From contig JAQGDQ010000310.1 in the NCBI GenBank assembly GCA_030141605.1, positions 124,001 to 188,000 on the forward strand: 64,000 nt of DNA, in the 5' to 3' direction. The notes beneath the pieces are model-generated. The model made no database searches. It saw only the letters and a program-made list of their open reading frames with translations, and was not told the DNA's origin. This DNA is from Tubiluchus corallicola. Lineage: Eukaryota; Animalia; Priapulida. Made by a program: the position numbers and the translations under genes. Shown piece by piece: positions 36,290 to 48,300 of the stretch (the first letter of the stretch is position 1; the number at the start of each line of letters is the position of its first letter).

Positions 36290-37443
36290 ATCTAAACCCA
36301 TGACGACATATTTATTACAAGTATCTGTGTTAAATTTTTATTGTGCAGACGACTTTTGCAGCAGTATTTATTTATAAGAATAATATGGAAGAGCATCTAC
36401 CATACCTCCAACCTCGGATATAAGGTACTCGCTTATAAGGTGCATTCACTTACAAGGGACCATCAACACCAGTCCCGTTTTTCCTTATGAAAATCTTCGT
36501 ATATAAGCATAAGTATAACATGTAATGGACTAGAAATATCGGTTTGTTAGCAAAAAAGGAGAATTTTTTATTATAACACCCATGATTCTGTTTACAACCT
36601 TTGTTTTAATAATATTTTTGATAATGGTCGCCAAAACCTATTAAAGAAAGGCAGAATAGTGTTTATTGAAATGAGTATCAGTTTTGTTCGCTAAACAGTT
36701 TCTCCTTTATACAATGACAAATGAGTCAGTTTTGGTTTTCAGGTCAATGATAAACAACTAGCTGATGATCTAAATTTAAAATTGTGAATAGATTTTATGT
36801 TTATTGCAATGTTGCATAAATTAAGGAAGACATATAGTACTAAACTGTCTAATTAACTTAATAGTGTTAATTATAGTGTTTTATATTATTTTTACTAATT
36901 GTTTGTTGTACAGATCAAATTGTCGTTATAACGTTATATACACGATTAATGTAAGTTTAGAAAAGTAGATTTCTGTTCTATTAGGTTTTTAGGATTCCAA
37001 GCATTGGTTTTATGTATTATGATTATTGTAAGTACAAATCAAATTGTCGTTATAATGTTATATACAATTAATATAAGTTTAGAAACATAGATTTCTGTTC
37101 TATTAGATTTTTAGGAGTGCAAGCATTGGTTTTATGTATTATGGTTATTGTAAATGCATTTATTTGTATTTTAAATTATAATTGCATCACACGTGTACCA
37201 TTTTTTTCACTTGTCTATTTTCAGTGCACTCGTTTAATTGCATCATTTTTAAATTTGTTGTTATATTGTGTTTCATAAAGAACTAAACTGTAGACCTTTT
37301 TTCACAATAATATGCAAAACTGAGGTTTGTGATGCACACAAAGGTGCCTGGTATTTAGATGAAAATTTTGCACAAAAAAACTAAAATGTTGTACAGTGTA
37401 CCAAAATTCGACTCTTGTACTGGTGCTACATAAAATTACATGT

Positions 37444-37449
37444 AATAAA
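37444..37449 (+). terminator. Candidate paxillin polyadenylation signal
   Basis: AATAAA followed 25-50 nt later by a GT/T-rich element (TTTTGCTTTGTTTTGTATGTG). Implies a 3' UTR of about 2.7 kb. Confidence 0.45.
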
Positions 37450-37788
37450 TACTTTTTAATTTGTAATACATTAATCGTTTTGCTTTGTTTTGTATGTGGA
37501 TGTGATTACAAGTGGATTGTACTTTTATGACAAGTAAACAATCAAACGTCTTGGGTTGGGTGGTCTAGATTTTAGACTGCAATCACGCAGTGTCCAGCAG
37601 CTGCCAATGCCACCCTACGTGTCATTTGTTATTTGTGTGATGCATTCCTACCTGTGTTGTTGCAAGTGTAAATCACTAAATAGTGTTCGTGCTGATGTCT
37701 GTTAAACGAGCGACGGTAAATAAATCTTGTCTTTGTCTTCCATGCTGCGTGATAGTACAATGAAAAACTAAAAATGCACAAAGTGTAC

Positions 37789-37794
37789 TTTATT
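37789..37794 (-). terminator. Candidate FET-gene polyadenylation signal
   Basis: AATAAA on the minus strand followed by T-rich TTTGTGCATTTTTAGTTTTT. Implies a 3' UTR of about 0.9 kb. Confidence 0.5.
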
Positions 37795-38111
37795 TACAGA
37801 CTTTTACTATATTTATACACGTTAAAATAAGTATGACAACATGTAACATGAGAATGAAAATTATGAATTTAGAGCATATGCACGAACATTTGACAAAATC
37901 CAAAATGGCAAACGTTAAATGATTATAGTCACTCTGAGAAACAAGGTCACGATGCCAGCCTGATACAACATTCTGAAAACAGCACTGAAGAACATTAAAG
38001 ATAAATTCATCTTGTGGAAATGCAAGTAAATAATACTTAGTTAATGTTCCTGATAACATCTAATTACACTCAAATTTCGTGTACTACATTCGTTAAGAGC
38101 ACTTTTTACAA

Positions 38112-38465
38112 TAAAGAACAAAAACTCGTCTCTATCTCTTCAGAAATTTACAGGGAAATAAAAACGAGTTCACTTACACCAAATTTACTTCAGTACTTGT
38201 GTTCGGAGCATATTGAACGACAAGGAACAAAAACTCGTCTCTATCTCTTCAGAAATTTACAGGGAAATAAAAACGAGTTCACTTACACCAAATTTACTTC
38301 AGTACTTGTGTTCACAGCATATTGAACACAAGACTTTTTTTGTTGGGAAATAAAAACGAGTTCACTTACACCAAATTTACTTCAGTACTTGTATTCGGAG
38401 CATATTGAACCACAAAGAACAAAAACTCGTCTCTATCTCTTCAGAAATTTACAGGGAAATAAAAA
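38112..38465. repeat. Tandem repeat of about 109 bp (about 3 copies) in the FET 3' UTR
   Basis: GAACAAAAACTCGTCTCTATCTCTTCAGAAATTTACAGGGAAATAAAAACGAGTTC... is repeated. Confidence 0.9.
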
Positions 38466-38666
38466 AAATCACCAGCTGCAAGTATCGACTTCACACAACT
38501 TTTTACAAAAAAATACTACACGTACATTTGGTGTAGATTTACTATTTGCAGCACATGTGAAAATTTACACGAGATGATCAAAAGGCAAAAGACAATACAC
38601 ATGTAATTCGGTGTCGATGTTTATATACAGTGTAGCAGTTCGGGGTGCTTCGTAATTTGTAATTCA

Positions 38667-38697
38667 TCAGTACGGCCGGGGTCTTCTGTCCTCGCGA
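38667..38697 (-). CDS. FUS: FET last coding exon (PY-NLS)
   Basis: TTTCAG|T CGC GAG GAC AGA AGA CCC CGG CCG TAC TGA, which reads [10 protein letters not shown]. Confidence 0.93.
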
Positions 38698-41600
38698 CTG
38701 AAATGCAACAACCTTTTGTCAGGCGAAAAACCAACAGTCTACACTCAGAAGCAGGGGCGTGTTAACCAAAAGGCTAATTAGACCGCATTTTAGACGCCCA
38801 ATTTTAAGAAACTGTTATTCTCCTCCGAAAATGTATATCCGTTCATATTCATGTAAAACAAGCATTGTGTAACAAACCACAAGCAGTTTCTGAGACAAGT
38901 TGCTATATAAGTGTCACATAACTTACAAGTACAATGTACGATAGTATTACTAATACACCACAAGTAATTGTTTAATCTGCCCAGTACATAATCAATCATA
39001 AATTCACAAGAGAAATGGACGGGGCAGATCTGTCAGCCTAGGGCGTGGTAAAGTCTTGATACGCCCCTGTTCAGGAGGAGAAATGTGACAAGCAAACAGG
39101 ACACGATTCGGGGGGTGCAGAAATTCGTAAGAAAGTGTTTAGGAGATATTGAAAAACGTAATGAAGTATTATAATCACCTAGTTCTCTGTTCCTACTTTT
39201 TAATGTACTATGAGGTTATATTATACAGCAAGTCCTTGCTTAACGACGCTGAACATTTGGCACCTCTTTTTCACTTAACGACGCACGTTTCATTTTAACG
39301 ACGTTTTTTTTACTTTGTTCAAAGCCAATTTTTATTTTACTAACAACTTTTTTACCTAATTTCATACACTAAAACAGTACACATTGCGGTATTCTGTTGT
39401 AAAAATGCGCTAGTAATGTAAACAGTACAATTATTATTATACATGTATATGCTTTTGCTTTCTGGCTGACAAATTTTTCGTCAAAAATACGCCTTTTAGT
39501 TTGTCTAAGATAAGTAAGTGCATTTCATATATAATTTTGTATGAAAGCCCATTAAGTGAGCAGTAGAAACAGCAGAAATGGTCAACTATAACGTAATCAC
39601 TGCTTAGCGAGAGCGGTTATTCACGAACCAATGCGAAGTCAAACAAACGCTTTCGGTGCTGAAGCAGTTAAACAAGCGGGCACACGTTTCTAACAAATTC
39701 TGCAATTCCTCAAAACAACGTCATGTGATCAGACGATATGATATGATTTTGACAGAAAAGTGAATGGGAAAATCAACTCCAAATGAAGGAGGGTAAAATG
39801 GTTCGTTAGTTTTGCACTGATTTTTAACATTTAATGCACAGCTGAAGCAAGAAACATAATAACTAAAACCAGGAAAACCAAATACAGTTCTGACTTACCT
39901 ATCCCTGCCGCCACCTCCTCTGCCACGGAAACCGTCGCCACCTCTTCCTCTCCCGCCTCCGCGACCACCTCCACGACCGCCCCCGCGGCCGCCACCACCA
40001 TAACCTCCTCCTCCGCCGCCATAGCCACCTCCACCTCCTGTTAATAAACAGTATTAAGTTGTATTGTTATATGAAATCATCGTCCAAAAGCCACAAAACG
40101 CTGAAACACTTAAAATCCATAAAACCTTAAAGTATTAGTTTAGCATAAAAAACAGAAAATAGAAAAAAGAACAAAATATAAAAAACTATCTTTGATTAAA
40201 CGCAGGAATTTATAAAAGCTTGCCAATTCAGTAAACGTTAATTTAACATTTTGCATTTGATGTACTGTCATTACTAAAACATAGGTATCTATAACTAATC
40301 ATTATTGCCTCAAATTTGTAAAAGAGCACTTACTAATTCCTAAGGTATGTTAATCAGCTTTGTTCTGTATACCAAAGGTGATGAAAAATAAATATGTTTA
40401 TAAAAAAGTTAGTTTTTAAACTGCCTGCTACACACAGGAATCAACAGACAAGGACACAGCTATTTTTATATACCACATTTGACTGAAATCTTTACTGCAG
40501 TTTATATTTATTCGTCACCAGAGTTATGCTAAACGTGGGTTCGGTGTCACGCTACAATAACTTTGTTTCATAGAATATTTTGGAAAAAAAAATAAATTAC
40601 AGAAAACAACAAGTAAGACATGAAGTGGTACCCAAGATAAACAAAATTATACAGGCATATGCCAAAAGTCTGGTTCAGCTAATATTTTTAACTCGGACAC
40701 TCTCTGACACACTATTCATTATAAAAGACAGAAGACAAGCGAAACAAGTTTAATATAAGCTTCAAAATGAAAAAATGTGTCGTATATGTATAACTGTATA
40801 CCAAAGGTTATAATTAAATAAAAATACGTTCAGAAAAAAAAGTGAAAAAGTGAATATGACAAAAGTATGTGGAGCAAAATGTCAGTACTCGATTTAAAAC
40901 AGTATAAAACTAAATTTAACAAATGGTAACAATCTAAGCACCTAAACAACTTAACATGGTAGCCAGAATCGGTAAAGCACGTGTCAGTAGCTTAGACTAC
41001 TCACCAACTAATGTGCTGTGTTTACTAGCAAAGCAAGCCCAAGGAGCAATGCCTTAGACCATTCTGTCAAACAGGCAAGACCAAGAAAAGCATATAAAAA
41101 TCTTGTTCTTACCGGAGCCGGGTTTCTCAGCACCGCAACGATTACAACTGTTTCTGAACGCGAAGTTGTTGTTGCCGCAATCTGGATTCGGGCAATTCCA
41201 GTCGCCGTCTCGTGCAGGTCCGCCGCCCCCACCTCCACGGTCACCACCACCTCCGCCTCGACCTAAAGATCGTAATGGAAAATCAGAATTCCAAAACAAC
41301 TTGTGCGTAATTACGACAGATGACTCTACAGGCGTTTGTAGAAAAGGGCAATTTCGCACATTTCCAAACTGTTTGCAGGATGCTTGCACATTTCCATTTT
41401 GTACGATTCATATCAAAAAGTTTTGTTTCTGTCGTGCTTGATGAGCTCAAAAAATGTCCGTAAAGGAGGAAGGAAGACGAAGCTTTGTAAATGTGTAAAG
41501 CTCAATCATGCAATATTCAAAATCAACTGAAATCAAAGTTTGTTTAGCTGCCGCTGGTTAGCAGTAACGTTCTAAATTTTTTTCGGTGCAAATTCTTTCA

Positions 41601-44600
41601 CGTTTTTTAGCTTTTTGTTTCACGTTATTAAATTATAGAATAATCATCGATTACCGTAGTCTCTTTTTTGAATGACATGAGGCCTTAAATTATGGTATGT
41701 TCGGATAATAATGGCATAAACCACAACACTATTCTGCATGAATGCTAATCTCGTGACAAATGCCAAGAATTAGCTGTACAGAAATATGGCTGCGCCTTCA
41801 CCGAAAAAATGATATTACAGTAGGTGCCGTTTATTAGACTCAAGGTTAGTAGAATCAATTGCCTAATTAACTCAAAAACATTCGTAACGTGTTCAAATGT
41901 GCGTAAAAAGTTAAATAATTCTGCAAAAACTGACTCAATATTTTTCATTCACATAGGCAAAATAAGGCATTAGTGTGTGACCAAAGAGCTATTGCTGCTT
42001 TTGTGTCACCTTCACTTCACTTCTGTGTGCTATAATATACGTAGAAATAGTCACGTTACTCACAGCTTTGTTTGTAAGAACACACATTTATCATATGCAT
42101 TAAAATGTTAGCATAACAATTTTGCTTTGAATATGTCGCCCACTTATCCGCTGCAGTTAACCTTGTTGTTTCTCGAAGCTAAGCGGTTTGTTTTTGAAGT
42201 TCCCGCTGCTTTTCACAGGAGAAACAAGGTCACCACCAACTGCAGCTCAAGCACTAGGTGACTATGTACAGCAAACAGCGACAGGTTCTCAACACTTTTA
42301 TGAGTAAGAGAATTTTATAGACCAACTTCATCGTGAAGCCATTAATTCACATATATAAATTAGTATTTTGAAATAATAATTGCACATAGGAATATTGACA
42401 TTAATTAGCTTCTAAAATTCATTTAAAGCCTTTGCAATGCATACTAAGGTGATGATTCATATCTCTATAATAGTCATAGGATACACCCGTTGGCTAATTA
42501 ACTCAGTCGGCTAATAGGGTCAAAACACTTCCATCACAAAGTGAGTTTATTAAGCGGCACCTACTGTATAATAATTATTGTATTGTTTTAAAGATAAAAA
42601 ATACGCTTTTATATAGCTGCTGCAGGTAGATGAAACCACAAAAATTCTCGGCTGGGTGTGTGATAAAAAAATTACCCAAGCGATTAAATGGAAACAGAAG
42701 TATTTTTGTTATCAGCCTAGCCCTTACACACTTAGTCAGAGATTCTAGAAGCCAAGTATCAACTATAATACTATACAGGGTTCCCACAAAATTTTAAACT
42801 AAATTTCTGACTTTTTTCTGATCAAATATTGATTTTTCATGACAAAGACAAGCAGAAATTGCATTACCAGTATACACATTCAAACATTTTCATGTATGGA
42901 CACTCATGCCTACACTGATATATAATGTGTTGCGGCACAGTTGCAGTAGCGCTAAGAAAATTGCACTAATCGCTTTAATCATTTCCCCTGCCTTTTCGCC
43001 CCATTTGCATCATTCTCCCTGACTTTTTATCAAATTATCTTTTCCATGAGATTCCAGGATAGCCTGTATTTTCCAGGATTTTCGCTGACCGTTGGCACCC
43101 TGTCTACAGCACATGGCATAGTACCAGTTATAATAAAAAAGTTAAAATGTGCAAAAACACACGCACACAAACAATTAGCGTGACATTAGTTAGGACACAG
43201 CAATATGGAAAAATACCCGCGTAAGCTCCACTTACCTCTACCACCACCACGATCTCCACCTCTGCCGCGCCCGCCTCCACGGCCGCCGCCGCCGCCGCCA
43301 CCGCGACCCAGGTTTTGACTCCAGCTACCGGCCGGTCGGCTTGCCATTTCCACTTTGATTAGGCCCTGATCATTAAAAGGCTTCCCTAAAGTGTAAAACA
43401 ACACGCGTAAGTCAAATTCAGCAAATGCCGGGAATTTGTGAGGTAAATTAAAGCAAGCATCTGTCATTTTAAGCAAGAAAATTGTTTTAAAAAAGCCGGA
43501 AGTGTTTAACGAGTAAACAATTATCGATAAGTTGATAATTCCATATAAACAGAAAGCTTAATGAACAACCCAAAGCAGATCATTAGGTGTGAGAGCATTC
43601 TCTACCACAAAGCGAATTTGAATCGAACCGAATTTCAGCATTTCGAATTCAAATTGAATTTGAAACACTTTCAAACAAGTTTTCGAACCACTAGTAAAAA
43701 CTGGTCTTACAAAGATCATGCATATTACTTGATTTTGTTCTGCAGCAAAACCACTATTAGTTTGTTAAAAATTTTCCACAGAAACTGCAGCTAAATTGTG
43801 CTAATTGCACTCTGTTTCAAACATTTTAATGATAAAGAACGATTGTAGCTGAAGTGCTCAATTATTCGAATCTATTAACTTTAGGTTCGAATCAAATTGA
43901 AACTAAAAAAACTCTCACCCCTACAGATGATTGGACAAATATTCTAAGCTCAAAACATCCCAACTCCGAGTGGTTTTTCCTTTTCGAAATTACCGTCCCT
44001 GTGCTAATTATTACTATCACATGCTAATGCTTAAGTAGTGGCATACTTAAGTACATGAAAATGCAATTACGGGTAGTTGTCGACTTACGACACACTCGGT
44101 TCCGTATGTTCAAGTGGCGCCCCCCTCCCTCACAAGTAAGAAGCCTACGGATGAATTTTCAGCAACAGACAGCAATTTAAAATTAATTCATTTAAAGGAA
44201 GACAGGATGATTTTTCATATACCACGCCATTTTCAAGTCCGATGAAGAGTATACATTTTAGCACAATTAATACTGCAAAGGCGTTTCTGATAATTAAATA
44301 ATAGATTGAAAACTTAATTAGCGAGCCAAACTATTGATGACATCACAAACTAACATAATTTTCAAAAGCAGAAACAACAGTAGAAGTTCATCCTCTACTT
44401 GCTTTTTGCAACTATGTAGTTTTTTAAAGCCAGAAAATTATTTCCCAGTCAACTGCAGCTTCACCTGTTTGAAGCAAAACCCTCGCAATGTCCTGTTCAC
44501 GATTTGCAATTTAAAATACGAGTTACTGTTAGTTTTGTATAATTAACTAATTAAGCTGAGATCGGGTCGTAAAGTGGAGTGGTCACAAGTTGCACTGGTC

Positions 44601-45258
44601 GTAAGTCGGCGATTACCTGGACCGTAACAGGGAAAAGAAAGCGAGTCAAAACAATCGAAAGCTCGTTATAACATCGCTGAAAGTTTTTTGTTAATCTACT
44701 ATAACTCTAGTCTGACACTAGAGCTGAAATAGATGAAGTATTAGTACAGACAATACAGCAAAATAAATATTAACTTGTAACATATATGTTAAAATACACA
44801 AACTAGCAGAAAAGATAATTTAGAAAACTAAATTAAATTAAATTAAAGTTAGCTATTGTTAATTTAGTAAGACACTGATGATAATATACTGACCATTGAA
44901 CCAGTTGATGGCGCTGCCGGCCGTGTGCGGATCGTCAAACGTGACGGTGGCTTCGCCTTTCGACATTCCCGTCCGTTTATCTTTGTAAACCCAGACTTTT
45001 GGCTTCTGCGTTTTCTTGTCCATCTAAAAAAAGAAATTCAAGGTAAAAATGAACCTGCGTCATTGTGAAACATTACCTTCAAAGTTAACCCTTTCACCTC
45101 ACATTGACTTTGCACATTTGACAATAACTTCTTGTGGTGTGTTACTAAAACAGAATCTTGTAAATAAACAAATAGTTGTTTGGTATCGAGTACTAATATT
45201 AAACATTAGTTTTATTTCTACACATGTACACACATATATATGCACTCACGCGCACGCA

Positions 45259-45300
<42 letters not shown>

Positions 45301-48300
45301 ACTACGAGGATGCTACCACGCTAATGTCATTCTCATGGCGCACGCTAGATTCGAACCACTCTATTTGCTCGCGCGCCGAATGAACAATTTTAAAAACACA
45401 AAAATACGAAGGAAACAGATAAAATACAAATATATCTGGATTAAAAGCATGCGGTTAAGCGTTTCGATATTTTTTAACAGACTTCAACAAGGAGAATGAT
45501 TTTTGTTTGCTAACAGCTCTAGTTATATTTACTTCTTACGATATAACTATTTATCAGCAATGTACTAATAGGATAACAGCCAAAGAATAAAAGCAGTGTC
45601 GTTTGGGAGTTTTTAGGAAAATACTCGAATGAGAAATTTACTGTTAAGTAAATCCTAAGCAGGACCTTGTCTAAGGAAAAACTTGCTATGCAATGGTGTC
45701 AAATTGCTAAGCAAAAATAAATGGATAGGATTCTCTGCGCATTGAAAAAAATGGGGACAGGTAAATTTTTGTGGGCAAAGACAGATTTTTTTAGTTGTCC
45801 CATTTAAGTAAGTAAGTAAATAAGAAATTTATTGTCATTACAACACAATACATACAATGAAATTTATGTGGTTTTACGTACTGCAATAACTTATAGAAAC
45901 AACAAGGAGATTAACACAAATAATTCAATCAGCTGTACTGTGACATAGAGAATTAATATTGGAGATTTACTGTTGATGGTGCGAATTGCAACGGGATAGA
46001 AAAAATTTAAAGTTCTTGTGGTTTCACTGTTAATGAGCGGCATCTACGACCACAGGGGAGCATTTCAAAATATTTATTACCTGGATGGAATTCATCTTTC
46101 ATGATAACTTGCGCTCTTAGTTTCATACAAATATGCCATAGATTGCTGTTCATATTTGTATGAAATTTTTCCTGTAGAGAAGTTGCTAAATTTGCACCCT
46201 GTTAAACATCCTTGCCAAAGTCTTCCTTGATTTCACTACCACTTCTCCATCAAAGCGATTACGCACTGCTCACACTGTCCCCCCCCCCAACCACTACCCA
46301 ATCCAGTCTCACCTTGATGATGCCGATCGCTCCAAAGTGACTAATCAGATCTTCCTCCGTCACGTCCTGGGGCAGTCCGGATATGAATATGGTGTCCTCC
46401 TGCAAGATCATCTCCTGTCCGCTTCCGTAGTTGCCGCCGCCACCTCGTCCGCCGCCATTCCGGTCGCCTGGGCAAAAACAAAAGCGAGTGAAAAACAGGC
46501 ACCAGCTTATGAAATTGCTCAAGTTAAAACTGTACGTATGCAAAAACGTAATTAAGTAAGTAAAACATAAGTATATGAAAATATATATATTATAGTATAT
46601 ATTACACACAGCAAATACGCACACTGATACAACACCAAAAATTTTGCTCTAGTAAACCATTTATATATATATGACGGCAACAAAGATTATTTTTAAGTTT
46701 TTCATAATTAACCAGTCAACAGTTTAATATAAACGCAACCCCATCAGGACTTTGCTCAGCTGAAGAAATGACGAAACTTTCACGAAATACAGTCATGGAA
46801 GCCCGGCTAAAATTCTCAAAACACTAATAATACTAATAGTAACACTACTAATAATTAATAGTAATGGAAAGAATATGGAGCACGAAGTCACTTTTTTCAT
46901 ACCTCAATTAAACGAACTTTCAAAGTTCTGAATACTCTGAAGTTGTAATTTATTTTCTGTAGATGGATGCACGGTAGCTATTGATGCGGTGTCATTGTGG
47001 TATAATAAATTACGTGCAATTCAAATAAGTCAATGCAATAGTTTCTACTCCTATCTGAGATAGTTTTCATCTGATTCACCCTATATTACTGCTATATGAT
47101 ACCAAGTGTCACTAATCAGGTTGGGTTCTTATAATAATATGAAACGTCACTTTAAATCACTTTAGATGGTAATCATACAAGGTAAATAAAATAAAATACA
47201 ATGAACATGAATGTTCTGCACTCAAAACTTTTGCTTCTGTGCAAAGTCACTCAATAACGAACATGAATGTTCTACACTCAAAACCTTTGCTTCTGTGCAA
47301 AGTCACTCAATAATGAACATGAATGTTCTACACTCAAAACCTTTGCTTCTGTGCAAAGTCACTCAATAACGAACATGAATGTTCTACACTCAAAACCTTT
47401 GCTTCTGTGCAAAGTCACCCAACAACGAACATGAATGTTCTACACTCAAAACCTTTGCTTCTGTGCAAAGTCACTCAATAACGAACATGAATGTTCTACA
47501 CTCAAAACCTTTGCTTCTGTGCAAAGTCACTCAATAATGAACATGAATGTTCTACACTCAAAACCTTTGCTTCTGTGGAAAGTCACTCAATAATGAACAT
47601 GAATGTTCTACACTCAAAACCTTTGCTTCTGTGCAAAGTCACTCAATAACGAACATGAATGTTCTACACTCAAAACCTTTGCTTCTGTGCAAAGTCACCC
47701 AACAACGAACATGAATGTTCTACACTCAAAACCTTTGCTTCTGTGCAAAGTCACTCAATAACGAACATGAATGTTCTACACTCAAAACCTTTGCTTCTGT
47801 GCAAAGTCACTCAATAATGAACATGAATGTTCTACACTCAAAACCTTTGCTTCTGTGCAAAGTCACTCAATAACGAACATGAATGTTCTACACTCAAAAC
47901 CTTTGCTTCTGTGCAAAGTCACTCAATAACGAACATGAATGTTCTACACTCAAAACCTTTGCTTCTGTGCAAAGTCACCCAACAACGAACATGAATGTTC
48001 TACACTCAAAACCTTTGCTTCTGTGCAAAGTCACCCAATAACGAACATGAATGTTCTACACTCAAAACCTTTGCTTCTGTGCAAAGTCACTTAATAACGA
48101 ACATGAATGTTCTACACTCAAAACCTTTGCTTCTGTGCAAAGTCACCCAATAACGAACATGAATGTTCTACACTCAAAACCTTTGCTTCTGTGCAAAGTC
48201 ACCCAATAACGAACATGAATGTTCTACACTCAAAACCTTTGCTTCTGTGCAATTTAATAACGAACATGAATGTTCTACCTCAAAACCTTTGCTTCTGTGC

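Noticed and set aside
38664-38669. TGA TGA at the FET C-terminus as selenocysteine or read-through
   Set aside because: FET proteins end at the PY-NLS, a tandem stop is ordinary, and the UTR hairpin lacks SECIS motifs.
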